Shown here piece by piece: positions 37,634-50,150 of a DNA stretch of 64,000 nt (its first letter is position 1; each line of letters begins with the position of its first letter). The notes beneath the pieces are model-generated. The model ran no database searches. It was not told the DNA's origin and was given only the letters and a program-made list of their open reading frames with translations. Made by a program: the position numbers and the translations under genes. The DNA comes from Vicugna vicugna. Its lineage: Eukaryota. Location of the stretch: assembly GCA_013265495.1 (NCBI GenBank), contig MU058289.1, positions 930,001 through 994,000 of the forward strand, given 5' to 3'.

Positions 37634-39110
37634 TCATGTTAGCACTTCCATCAGGTGTGCAGGGTCCTTGCCCATTGGTTCATATTTAGAAATGGGGCCC
37701 AGCATGAGGTTCAGCCTGCGGCATAACAGCTGAGGGGGCAGTGAAGACTGAAATAAGCCAATATTTTGCAGAATAACTTCAAGAGTTCTGTTTAGGACAA
37801 CTTGTTGGTGATGCTGAGGGAAGGTCCAGATGGAGAGGTCCAGTAGGCAGCAGGCAGACAGAGACCAGGACTGGCCCCCGCAGCCCCCCCCCCACATGTT
37901 GACAGTGATCACCCCCTACCCATCACGATGTGTAGAGTGAAGATGTCCCTCACCTCCCCCGGCGCATCTTTTCCCAGAACCCACCCTTCTCTTCCTGCAC
38001 AGGAGTCCTGTCTTCATGAAAAATAGAGCTGGATTCAAATTCTCTCTTAGGGGTTGAGTGAAGTTCATGGCTGGTGTTAGGACTGTGGAAAGAAGGAAAC
38101 TCATCAGAACCCAATGTCCTTGGAAACAGGAAGGACTGGCGTGTGGAAATGAAATCCTGGACAGAGCAGGGCTACATAAGAACACCCCATGTGAGCCCCC
38201 CCTGCTCTGTGAAAGTCCCCATGTTTCTCCATCTCAGATCTGTGTGGGTTGAAAACCACTTGCCTCTTATTCCATTATTTCTGCTTCCCCTCATTCCGGA
38301 GAGTAGCAGGGTCATGAAGCTGCTCACTGGCGCTCCTCCCAGCTGCAGTGGGGTGGGGTGGGGTGGGGTGGTGAGCTGAGGGCGTCCAGATTGTGCGCCA
38401 TTTCTGCAGCATTTTCCCACATGAAGGTTGATGCCCAGAGTCTGTGCTGACTTCCATCTTCCACTCCCATGTGGGTGCTTAAAAGAGCGTGGGTTTGTGT
38501 ACTTCTGATAAATAATAAGCTATAATGTGTTATTTGCGCTCTCTGGATACTTCAGGATTTCCTCACTGTTAATCTGTTTCCAGTGAACTGTGACTTCTGG
38601 TTTCGCCTCTGAGTGTGTCCACAAGGGGTCTGGTGATTTTTGACTTCCTACTTAATCTCACCCACGCCCCCTGCGTACGTAACATTTCTTCCCCCAAGTG
38701 TCTGATTTAAACAAATCCCTTCCCACACCCCGCACCCTGGGAAAGTCCCAAATTGTCTGATGTCCTCCCCTTCTGTTCTCTGTTTGTATATTGAGAGCTG
38801 TCTCTTTGGGCTGAACTGAGCCCCATTTTCTACAAAAGAGATGGGCATTCCCAGGTGCTAAATGGCTGTCACTGGGGCCAACCAGACAGTCCCTTCCGGC
38901 CACCCTCTGCCTTGACCTCCCATGTAATGTCATTGGGGTGTCGGTTTCTCATGAACTTCCGCTTTATCTCCCCACCATCTCGGGGCAAATTGTGGGTGCT
39001 GCTGCTCTCAGAGCAAAGACACCCGGTCTGAGACCATTTCCTGCCCTTGAACTTGGGGCTATCTGGGGAGGAAGCTTGGTGTACCTTGAGTTCCCAAAGA
39101 ATTTGCACCT
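37634..39110 (-). pseudogene. Putative decayed PRD-class (DUX-like) double-homeobox gene relic
   Basis: Two frameshifted homeobox-like units (FMRNRHPNDITWEVKAE at 38905-38955; RTIWTP..QL..FM..WFSTHT at 38241-38397) and two downstream exon-like segments (37985-38082, 37634-37813). By-eye alignment only. Confidence 0.4.
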
Positions 39111-40593
39111 CGACAAGGACAAGGTAGGAGGGATGAAGATGGATTTTTTTGCATTTTGTCAACCAGAGCATGAAGGACTGGGTTTCCCAAGGGTTTCTTC
39201 CTTCCCCTGAGTTTCCTTCCCAGTATCTGTTTTTCTGTTTTGCTTTCTAATTTTATGTATTTTTTTCCTCACCCTGAAAACCACAAAGAGGGGCCCAAGA
39301 CATAGTCTAAGACTGGATGGCCTGTTATAAAACCTAAAGAATCGCATTTTTTTCTCACCATTTGGGTTCATTTCTGCAAGGAATCATCAGGACCAAATGT
39401 AACATTTTCTGTAGAAAATGATCATTTTGGAGGGCTTTATAAAAAAGCCCCAGTAAAACTTCTATTCTGTATTTCACCCAGCCTGGGAAATCTTCAAGGA
39501 AACGTTTAGATATTGGAGGCTTCGTTTCAGCAGTGAGGGTGGGGGAGCCTTTTGATAAACTGCAATGGTTTTCTAGGCTGTCTCCCTTCCCACTGACATA
39601 CCTACTGTTGGCTGCTCTTCTAGAAAATGGGACTGAAGCCACAGACAGACAGACAGACGTGGTTCCTGTGGTCAGTGAGCTCACAGCCCTCACCTGTGCA
39701 GCATGGAAAATGTTATGACCTCCCTCCAAGGATTTTGAGAGAATCCAGTGAGATAATATAAGTTAAGTGCTTCGCCTGGGCTTAAACACACAGTGAGCCT
39801 CCCATCACTGTTTTAGCTTTTGTTACATGTTCCCGGGTCGGGGCAGGGTTTGAATGAGCACGTATGGTTCAGGATTTCAACAATCACGCTCTGCAAGATG
39901 CTGGAAACCAGATGCTGGGGAAACAGAGCTAGAAGTGTGAGAAAATTCTAGAATGCTTGTCATGTCCCCAAGTTGGTTTTGTTTAACTCTGGGCGTTCTT
40001 CCACATCGCTTGCTAGGCAAATCTTAAAATGAGAAGGAGATGCATGCTTGCATGCTAAGAGACCGAAGAAGGAAAGAACTGGAATGATTTCATTTTGCTC
40101 CACCGTCACCTCTGTGAGAAGGCGAGCCCTCCAAACAGGGCAGGTTTAATGTGGTTAATTTCTTTTTCTGTTTTATGCATCGGTGTCATGTATATATTTC
40201 GCTTTTATTAAAAAAAATTTTTTTTAATTTAAGTATGGCTAATTTTAATAGGAAACAAATGGCCTTGCTCCTGCAAGCCTGAGAAAGGGCAGGGCAGCAG
40301 CAGGGGAACCAGCCGCCGAAGCAGAGGAGGCACAGGCTGCGTAAGGAGCAGCCGGCTCTCCATGGAAACCCCACTGGGACGGACCGGATCACAAACACAC
40401 TCCGACAGGCCTGCTGGGGCCTTCTCAACTCTGGGACGTTAAGCAAACACTACCTGAACTCAGAGATGGGGGAAAAACCCAGTCGGGCTTGGGAACGTCT
40501 GCATTCAAAATGCCTTAAAAATTTCAGTGTGAGTGGTGCGCACATTACAAATGTAAATGGATATTAATAAAGTTACACTGTAAATGACCCCCG

Positions 40594-40988
40594 TCTGCGC
40601 TTCCTGGGGCTGCCGTTACACACTCCCCGGGACCTGGCCGCTTACAACAGCAGAGATGTGCTATCTCAGGGCTCTGAGGGCTGCAGGCCTGAGTCGAAGT
40701 GTTGACAGGACCACGCTCTCTCCAGAGCTCCACGTGGTCCTTGGTCTGTACCCGCACAACCACAGTCTACACCTCCATCTTCCCCAGGCCTTCTCCTCTC
40801 TGAGTGTCTCTTCTCAGGACTCGTGTCCTTGGATTGAGGGCCCACTCCTATAATCCAAGGTGATCTCAGAGACTCAATTACATCTGTAAAGACCCTTTCT
40901 TCAAACAAGGTCACATTCACAGGGTCTGAGGGTGAGGCTGTGGACTTACCTTTCTGGGAGGGCAGTGCCCACCATTCAACCCATCACA
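40594..40988 (-). mobile_element. MLT1 (ERVL-MaLR) solo LTR
   Basis: ggctgccgttacaca...ttcaaacaaggtcacattcacagg...ttcaacccatcaca. Confidence 0.75.
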
Positions 40989-43900
40989 TCTTTCAAGAGA
41001 AGAGACCGGCAATATCCACTAAAGGAGACGTGTGAGGATGACAATGGCAGCTTGATTCATGGCAGCCCCAAACTGGAAACCACCCACATGTCCATCAACA
41101 ATAGAATGATCAAATAAATAGTGATAGAGTCATACCCTATGGCAATGAGAATGAGCAAACTCCCACATAGGCATCAACTGAGGTGCACGTCCATTAACAT
41201 GAAGTTCAAGAGCAGGCAAAACTGATTTGTGGTGCCAGCGCTCAGAGCAGTGCTGACCTCTAGGGGTTAACGACTGGGAGGGCACAAGGGAGCTTCTGAG
41301 CTATTGGAAGTGTTCTATATTTTAACATGCATGGCGACGGTACACATATGAAAAATTACTTATGCTGTGCATTTAAGATTTATGCACATTACTGTATGCA
41401 TGCTTACCTCAATAAAGAGATAAAAAATAAAATTTTAATAAGCTGCACTATATTACCAACATTAAACCTATTAACAGCTTTATTGAAGCATACTTGATGT
41501 ACGAGAAACTGCACATATTTAAGCACGCAATTTGATGATATTGACATATACATACAGTACTGAAACCATCACCACGACCAAGCTGACCAACATGTCCATC
41601 ACCCCCCAAAGTGTCCTCTTGCTTCTCTCCACATGCTCCCCCATCCCCACAACATAAACAAGTTTATGTTTAAAGTTTTTGCAAATAAAATGACTGCTGA
41701 ATGCTTTCTTTCAGGAATTATACCAAACCAGCAAGGAGAACTTAGAAGCAGATGTGCACCCTCCGCTTCCCGCATAACTGGGGGGTGGGGTGGGGTCTCT
41801 GAAAGACCAGACCCTGGTCTGGGAGGACAGGCGGCCAATACAGTGAAAGCCAAACGGGTCTAAGGGGAAACCAAAGAGGATCACTCCCCGTTATGACCTC
41901 AGGCTGAGCCTGCGAAGCACAGGAGGCTCGTTCTGACGGGTAACGAGCAGTTCCTTGGTTGGAACAGGAAGAGTGGGATGTACAGTCTGGCAGTTGGAAC
42001 TTTCCTGTAACTGCCTGGCATTGAGATCAGACAGGAAGCCACCGGCAGGGGAGATTATAAGGTGCATTGTCAGGCCTTTCCTGCTGCCCCTCCGGGCTTG
42101 CTGGGGCAGAGATGGTTAAAGGGCTCACAAGAGCAAGTAGCCCTCTGAATCATGAACTCCACTGGAACCCAGGGAGATTTCTGGCTGGGCAGGAACAGCA
42201 GCCCCCACCCTCACCTTCAGCCAGTTGGGATGAAGAGTTCTCCTCACTCATGGGTCAGAGGTAACTGGAAGTTTTGTTTGTTTGTTTTTATTTTGTATTT
42301 TTTAATTTTTATATACTTGATGGATTTAGGGGTAGAGACTTGATGTTTGCAACTTACTGTCAATGTGTAAAAAATAAGCTGAACCAAGCAGAGTGAAATG
42401 TTAATGGCAGAATCTAGGTGGCAGGTATACACAGGCGTTCATTGTACAGCTCCTTCAGCTCTCCTGAAAGTTTTCATTAAACAGTTGGAGGGAAAAAGGA
42501 TACGCTCAGGAGTAGAACAAAGATGTCAGCAGAAAAAAGGAGAAAAGCCACAGTAGAACAATTTCAGATGAAGATTACGTAAGTGAAAGAAGCTGCTGGG
42601 CTGCGAAGCCCAACACACCCAAAGAATAAATTCATCGCACATGTTTAAAAATGAAATAAATAAAACCGAAGATAAATACAGAGAATAATAATAAAAAGCA
42701 CACCTGGGACTTCTATCAACTAGCAATCAACTGGAAACAGGATTAAACATATAGAATTCTTCAAAGGGCAAAACGGCATCTCGTTTGAACAGGAAATACA
42801 CACAGACTTCCTTTTCCTGCCCCACGGACAGCACCAACAGGAGAGCTAGATGTCCATGACTGGAGAAGATAAAACCAACTTCTTCCCATGGTACTGACTA
42901 TTTCTACCTGCACCGCCCTTCACAGCTCTTGGATCAGAGGTTAGAACCTGGCCCCAACACCCCACCAGCCGACTCACGGCAGGTTTCACCCTCTGCGTCT
43001 GCTTCTTCCCTTTCTCAGGTTTAACTTCGCAAATCCCTCCACTTCATGTGTGAGTCATTCATTCCACAAATATTTCATTAAAGTGCTAGAGATACAAAGG
43101 GAAATAAGTTTACAAAGGGAAACAAGTTCTTTGCATTGAAGAAATATATCATGAAATCATGATCATGATGGCTAGCACACATTGAGAATTTACTCCATAC
43201 CTGATGAATCTTCTGTGGAAAATGAGAAGTCATATAAATCAGTGGCCATCAGGGAGGAGATTGCCTGAGAATTCCAGGATGACAAAACAAACCCTCCACC
43301 TGGGGGAGGAGAATGGAGAAGAAAGAACAAAGACAAAATCCCCAGAAATGCTCCCAAACAGTGAAGAAAGAGAGAGGTCAGAAGTTAGAAATTGCCACAT
43401 CCTGGAAATAGCACTTAGAAAATCAGGAAATTTAAGAAGGCAACTTCTTGTTTTAGTTCTGCCTGATTCATCCTGTAAATTTCAGTATATCTGTTCACCT
43501 CTCTGTCACTCGGTTTTCCACTACTGTACAGTTAACTTATCACAGATGGAATTGTGAAAATGAAATAATGCACATAAAAGTGCATTGGATTGTAAAGCAC
43601 TATATAAATAGGAAAGAATAAATATTTTTAAAAGTCTATCATAACACTGCCAAGCTCCCCAGTCCTCCAGGCACCTTCTTTCTCAAAGTTCAACTCACTG
43701 CTTCCACCACCAACCAGGGTCTGCCCAGGTCACGATAGCATTTGTGGAGGGTGCTTCATCCAGCAGACACTGCAGGGGAGAAGAGACACATTTCCTGCCC
43801 TCAAGGAGCCCCCACTGGAGATCAGGAGGCACCATTACCGATCAGGGAGCACTAATCAGGGAGCATCATCACCAAGACCGGCGGGGGTGGGGGTAGAATT

Positions 43901-44129
43901 TCTGTCTGAGGAGCTGGTGCTTGACTTGGGTCTTTGAAGCACTTTGAAAGCAAGATAACACTGCCTCAGAGCTTCACATTTTCACTTTTCCCTGACTTCA
44001 CTATAACCTGGAGGCCCCTGAGGTCCAGGGTCTTGCGTCCCAGCAGATCCCCGAGGCTGTATGTCCTTCTCCGGCATCGACACCCAGGTGGACCACAGAG
44101 CACACGCAGGTTTTCTTACAGTAAGGAGT

Positions 44130-44435
44130 AGGCAGCGATTCTCAAACTTGGCTGCACGTTAAAATTCTCAGGGGGAGCTTTTAACAGTCTGGACCCCAGG
44201 AATGTCAAAATCAGAATCTCTGTGGGGTACTGCCCTTGCATCAGGAATTTTTTAAATTCCTGGGGTGATTCTAACGTGGCTCCAAGGTTGAGAAGCCGTG
44301 AGCTGGAGTGCTCCTCTAACTTCAGTGTGCACACGCATTGCCTGAGTCTTGACAAAATGCAGATTTTGATTCAGCAGGTCTAGGTTTGGGGCCTGAGATT
44401 CTGCTTTTCTGACAAGTTCCCAGGGGAATGCTGCT
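44130..44435. mobile_element. Two tandem MER5-type DNA transposon relics
   Basis: cagcgattctcaaacttggctgcac...aggttgagaa, followed by a second similar unit. Confidence 0.7.
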
Positions 44436-44508
44436 GGTTACTGGACCAAGTTGGCAGAAGGGAGCTGGAACTCAGGCCACGCTCCCCAGCCATAGGGATT
44501 GTGGTTCT

Positions 44509-44526
44509 TGCGCCCCCTGGTGGTCA
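44509..44526 (-). promoter_or_regulatory. CTCF motif, near consensus
   Basis: Minus strand reads TGACCACCAGGGGGCGCA. Confidence 0.65.
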
Positions 44527-45051
44527 AAAACTCCCTAGCAGCACCCAGCCCAGAAGAACTGATACAATTTCTGGAGTATTGACAGACTCTTCCCCACAGC
44601 CAGACCACTGACATCTTCATTTCAGCCTCGTAATAACCCGAGCACAAACCTGCCTAGATTCCTGATCCTCGACTCCTAACTTACAAAACTGTGAAGTAAT
44701 AAATGGGTATTGTTTAAGCTGCCAAATTTATGGTAATTTGTCATGCAACAACATAAACTAATAAAGGGAGTTTTATAGGCTTTAGAATAACAGGTCAGGT
44801 GAGAATCCTAAGTCCACGGGCTTGGCCCGGAAACTCTGCACAATATCTCTTTTCTAGCCCAGGCGGATGGATCCGTTCCCAACTTCCAACCCAATGGGAG
44901 AAGAGGCAGAAAGGATGGTATTTCTCATTTATCAAGATTGTACTTGCTGCCTTATTTCTTCATGACTGCACACTTCATTTCACCTTATGGTGTCTGTTGT
45001 CACTGACATTCATGAAAGCTCAAGGATGGTGCAGGGGGCTAGTTTATTCTC

Positions 45052-45553
45052 TGTGGCAGACTGTATTTCTCCAAAGACGAGTCCCAGCCCGTGTGCCCTT
45101 TTTATAATATGATCTTGACACTCCTCCATCAAGAAATTGGATCTAAGTTCCATCCTCTTGAATCTAGCAGATCTAAGACTATGGTGAGAGTGACGTGAGG
45201 TGACTTTCGAGGCTAAGTGATAAAAGGTGACAGACATATCTGCCTGGTTTGCTCTCTCAGGATGATCATCCTTGGAACCCAGGCACCATGCTGTGAGGAC
45301 GTCCAAGCAGCCATCCAGAAGGGTCCCCTGCAGGTGTCCTGGCCACAGCCCCTACTGGGAACCACCATCAGTTGAAGACTTGTGAGAGAGAGAGAGAGAG
45401 AGACAGCCTTCGGAAGATTCTTTCTTCAAAAAATGCCCCAGATATGAGCTGCTTCCACTGAGCCCTGTCCAAATTGCAGATCTGGGAGCAAAATAAATGT
45501 TTTAAACCTCTAAACTTTATCTCATTGTTATGTGAGAGTAGGTGACTGGAACA
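45052..45553 (+). mobile_element. MLT1 solo LTR
   Basis: TG start; MaLR body; 3' aaattgcagatc...aaaataaatg...gactggaaca. Confidence 0.65.
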
Positions 45554-45890
45554 CCCTCAGACTCTCTCTGGAGAACAACACACTGAATCTAACTGGGTGT
45601 CGGGGTGGGGATGGGGAACCTTTGGTTTTGATCAATTACATGTGAGTTACCTGTTTTTTATTAGTTCCTATTTTTTTTAAAGGCAGTCTCATTAGAAAAT
45701 AAGCTCAGTGCTAATAAACTATTTGGAAATCAGCCCTGAGATTTTTTTAGAAACATCGGCATTTTTATGACTTTTCTTCTTTGCTATTTAATTCTTTTAA
45801 AAGGCTGTCTTCTTAGATAGTTCTCAAGAATAGTCAAGACCCAGAGGGAAGGATAGTGTTAGGAATTTGTCTGCAGGTGCTCCCCAACCC

Positions 45891-46435
45891 GTGGGAGGCC
45901 GAGTTCTGAAATGGCCTCCGACGACCTGCACCTCCTGTTACTGGGGCCCTTGTGTGATCCCCTTCCGTGAGTGTGGACTTGACTTCATGACTTGCTTCCC
46001 AACAGAATATGGCAAAGGTGAGGGGATGTCACTTCCATGGTTGGTTACAAAAGATTGTGACCTCTGTCTTGCTGGCAGACCCTCCCAATTGCCCCTTTAG
46101 CTTGCACACTTTGACGATGCAAGCTGCCAGGTTGGAGAGGAGGACCCGAAGGCAGCCTCTGGCCAACAGCCAGCGAGGAACTGAGTCTAACAGCCCTCAG
46201 CCTATGAGAAAAGACATGAACTTGGAAGGGTCTCCTTCCCAGCTGAGCCATGAGATGAAACACCAGCTCTGGCCGGCTCCTTGACCGCAGCCTTGGGAGA
46301 GACCTTGAGCAAGGGACGCAGCTAAGCTTTGCCTGGACTCCTGACCCACAGAAACTGGGAGATAATAAATGTGTGTTGCGCTAAGCCTCTAAGTTTGGGA
46401 ATAACATGTTAGGCAGCAATAGATAACATGGATAC
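45891..46435 (+). mobile_element. MLT1 (E/F-like) solo LTR
   Basis: ctcctgacccacagaaactgggagataataaatgtgtgttg...gcagcaatagataac. Confidence 0.75.
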
Positions 46436-47132
46436 ACCCGCCCTCCTCGAGCTGCCGCGCGTCATTTCTTTATCAGAACCCCAGTCACGTGCAGGCTGAA
46501 CATGCGCCCCAATCCACCCCCGTCAACACCAGGGTTCTCACCCGGGTGTGCCCGCCTCTGTCCAAGTGAAGCAGTATTTCAGTTCTGCACTGGCCGGCTG
46601 GCTTCCTTCTTGGTGTCTGGACCTGTGTTTGCTGAGCCTGTCTTGGAACATTTAACTCTATGCATTGCCCCAATAAATCTCCCCTGGAGCCTGGGTCAGA
46701 TTCCATCTGAATCAGGTAAAACCTCAGACACAATGCTCTACCCCTGAATATTGCAAATTCATGTGTCCTCCCCCTGGGCTAGGCTGAGCTTGGGCTCTGC
46801 AAAACATGTGGCTTCCTCAGGATACACCGGCTCTTCCTGCAGCAGGAAGGACCATTTCCTCCAAGTCATGAACTTTCTCTCATTTGAGTTCCTGCCTCTT
46901 GTTCTCTGACAGTTCTGCACTGGCGTCCTCGGACCAGAAGCCTTTTTGCTTCTTAATGTTGGAATCTGAAAAGAAGTCTTACCCAGTACAGCTGACTGAG
47001 GAATTTTTTTAAATTTCTACCCAATTTTTTTGACTGAGGAATTCTAATCCTTGCTTATATTATGTGGCAACATTAGTTGTTTCCCCTACCTTCATACCCT
47101 AGATCTTCCCTTTTGTCTTCACACATTACATT

Positions 47133-47218
47133 ATTTATTTAATGGAGGTACTGGGCATTGAACCCAGGACCTCGTGCGTGCTAAGCATGCGCTCTACCAC
47201 TGAGCTACACCCTCCCTC
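47133..47218 (-). mobile_element. tRNA-derived SINE, Vic-1 type
   Basis: Reverse complement of the 3191 element; TSD-like acacattacatt / acacgttccatt. Confidence 0.85.
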
Positions 47219-50013
47219 CTTACACGTTCCATTTTTCATTTACATTCTGTAAACCAGAACCAAAACACCACATACCAAGAAAACCAAGAAAAACGGATCT
47301 GCTTTGGTTCTCAAATATTAGCGGAAAGAGCGCTTCCCCTGGATTTGGGGTTCACATCTGCAGTGGTTTCCAGGCCCAGACATAGAAGAGGATGTTTTCC
47401 ACATTCTGGAGCTAAGCAAACTCTAGGTACCGCCTAGTCACCTCCCACATCATGGAAAAGGATTCAGCAGGACTAGTTAGGAAACCACCACACAGACGCC
47501 AGGACTGCAGACAGCTGCGGTCAGAGCCCTAGTGGTCTCTGCCAGAGGGGAGGAGCTGGGAGGGGTGAATAACATCTGGTGGGTGTGGAGGCTTCCCGGA
47601 AGAGCTGGGGAGGCGGCTGGCTCAGGAATTCCAGCAGGAGATGAGGGTGGCCTGGACCACCATAGCTGGCGGATGATGGGGAGTCTGCAGGGCTCAGACA
47701 CCGCCTGCGGGAGCAGGGGGACAGAGGGGTGAGGCGTGAGTCAGGTGCGTGTTGGCGAGGATAATGAGCCCAGGCAACTGCACCTAAACTCCCAGCCTGC
47801 AGGGTGCCCCCCATTTGAGTGGCCCCCGATATTTAAATGCGGGTGCTCTCCAGGGCTCAGTCCTGGCTAGGAAAGTAGTCGGAACTGGGGACCCCCTTCC
47901 CTGTACCTGGATTCAGGCTCCCACGCTCTTGCTGGGCTGTCCTTAGTGCGGCTGGGCCAGAGCTGCTCAGCTAATCTGTCATTTTGTGGGGTTCCGAGCC
48001 TGGGTTTGCCTTCTCTGTTTGTGTCCTCTCTCTCTCCCTCTCCCTCTCTGCATGCCTCTGTCTGAAACAATCTTCTCATTTCTCTCTCCCTGACTGATGG
48101 GAAATGCTGGAGAAGGAATAGATTTGGAGGGAGCCCTTTGAGAGGGCTGTGAGATATTCATTGGAAATACAGACTGAAAGTACAGAGAAGAGCTGGCACT
48201 ATAACTCTGGAAATCAGGAGGAAAAGTACAGCATTCATTGTCAGGGGGATGAAGGAACTCATCTGAGGCAACAGAAAGCCAAGAGGCACCAGGACCCTGT
48301 GGCAAAGACCTCAAAATTTAGAGTCTGGGGATCGGAGTGGTGGGCAGGAAGACTCATGCAGGTGGACAGTATCAATACAGGACTGGTTAAAAGGGGAAAG
48401 GCAGTGAGGAGGGTAAGGAAAACAGGAGAATGTGATGATTGAGAGGGTCGGTAAGGCAGGAGGTGCAGGAGAAAGCGATTTGGGTCAAATACTGCAGAAA
48501 GGTTGAATAAAATCCATCCATTCCTCAGAGCATTTATTCATTCAACGGTCTATACCTTCCCGTCAATTCAGTCGTCAGCCTCCAGATTTCCATTAGTCAG
48601 GTGTCATCATTATTCTTTTAATTATTCACCTCTTAAATCATGAATTTACTTCTTTTTGATTAATTTAATCCTCACACCGAGGGCTTTTTGTGCACCAGGA
48701 CACTAGTCACAGGAGGAGACCCAAACTGACTGCCGGGGAGAAAGCGAGGCATGGGTTCCGCCATGTACACTGATGGCTGCTGGCCACCCAGGCGATCAGA
48801 GCCAAGCATATTGCTGATGGTGGGTGGGTGGGGAGCAGGGCAGGGTGGGGACACTCCCAAGAAGAGGTGCCGGGGCGCTGAGCCGACTGGGATTTTGTCC
48901 AGGTGTCAGGACAGAAGGTTGAGGCCTGGATTAGGTCCTGGAGGAGAGGCTGTGGACTGAGAAGTAACCTCAGGGAGGGAGATCTTCCCAGAACGACAGG
49001 CCTGGGCGTTGGAAGAGGAGGCAAAGGGAGGAGTCTGGAAGGTTCGCGATCAGGCCATTCCCACCCGTGTTTGTGTGCCAACTGCCCTTCCACATGCACT
49101 GTTTCCCACAACCTGTGGTTCAGAGTTCAGACACCACGTCCTCAAAACTGCAGACCCAGTGCCCGCTAACATTTTAGCTTTTGGCTCCTCCCACTCTCAC
49201 ACTTAGCCTCATAACCTCTTTGTTTACTGTCTCATCCATTCATCTATTCATTCAGAAAATGTTTGTTGTGGCCATATTGTGTCTTGGCATTGAGCTAAGA
49301 TCAGGGGTTATATCAACAAATAAGATCCATGCTTCGTGCCAAATGAGCTAACATAATAAAATATTCCTCATCACAGTGAGCATGAATTGAGCACGTATCA
49401 TGAATAAAGCCTTTTATATTGAAGTTAATGTTTTCCCAATTGCTGTAAATTATCTTCATCCCCTCCTGTCACCCCTGCTTTACGGATTAGGAATCTGTAA
49501 GCACAGAGAAATTAGATGTCCTGGCCAATGTCATAGTTTTTATGAGGATTCAGAGCAGACATATGAGATCCAAAAGCCCTTATTTTTAAGTATTTTCCAA
49601 TGCCGGATCGCAATTTGGCCTTAATTCAATCTGAATGAGCCACGCACCCCAGGGTGGGACCCAGGCCCGGACAGAAGCCATCCTGCACAGGGAACCAAAC
49701 CAAGGCAGCTGGAGAGAGTTCTCTAACCACAGGCTCTACTTAGAAGATACCTGGAAGGTTTACTCGGGTCTAACCCTAGATGATCATATGGTGTCTGCTT
49801 TAAGGACTCGCTTTGCTAACAGGGTTTGGTGAGGAACTGAGAGGCTTTTCAAAAACATCCTCTTCATTAGCAAATACTCATCTCACTGAGAGCCATGCCT
49901 TAGAGGATGCAAAGTCTGATAAAACAAAATCCACACAATGCAAACTCATGGCTCTTCAACTTAAACGACTCGAGGGAATTTTGTTCCACTAAAACTTTAT
50001 CTAAAATTTTTTT

Positions 50014-50150
50014 ATTTTAAAATTTTTTTGGGGGGGTAGGTAGTTAGGTTAACTTATTTATTTAATTGTAGAGGAGGTACTGGGGATTGAACCCAGGACC
50101 TTGTGTATGCTAAGCATACGCTCTACCACTTGAGCTACACCTTCCCCCCC
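50014..50150 (-). mobile_element. tRNA-derived SINE, Vic-1 type, inserted in ERV gag
   Basis: Same A/B box body and tail as the other copies. Confidence 0.85.

Noticed and set aside
47521..47814. Two-exon mini gene starting MGGTLQAGSL
   Set aside because: Weak donor (gtgcag), and the spliced product stops after three more codons.
48660..49200. GC-rich unique-looking segment with several short ORFs
   Set aside because: No recognisable protein motif or consistent exon structure.
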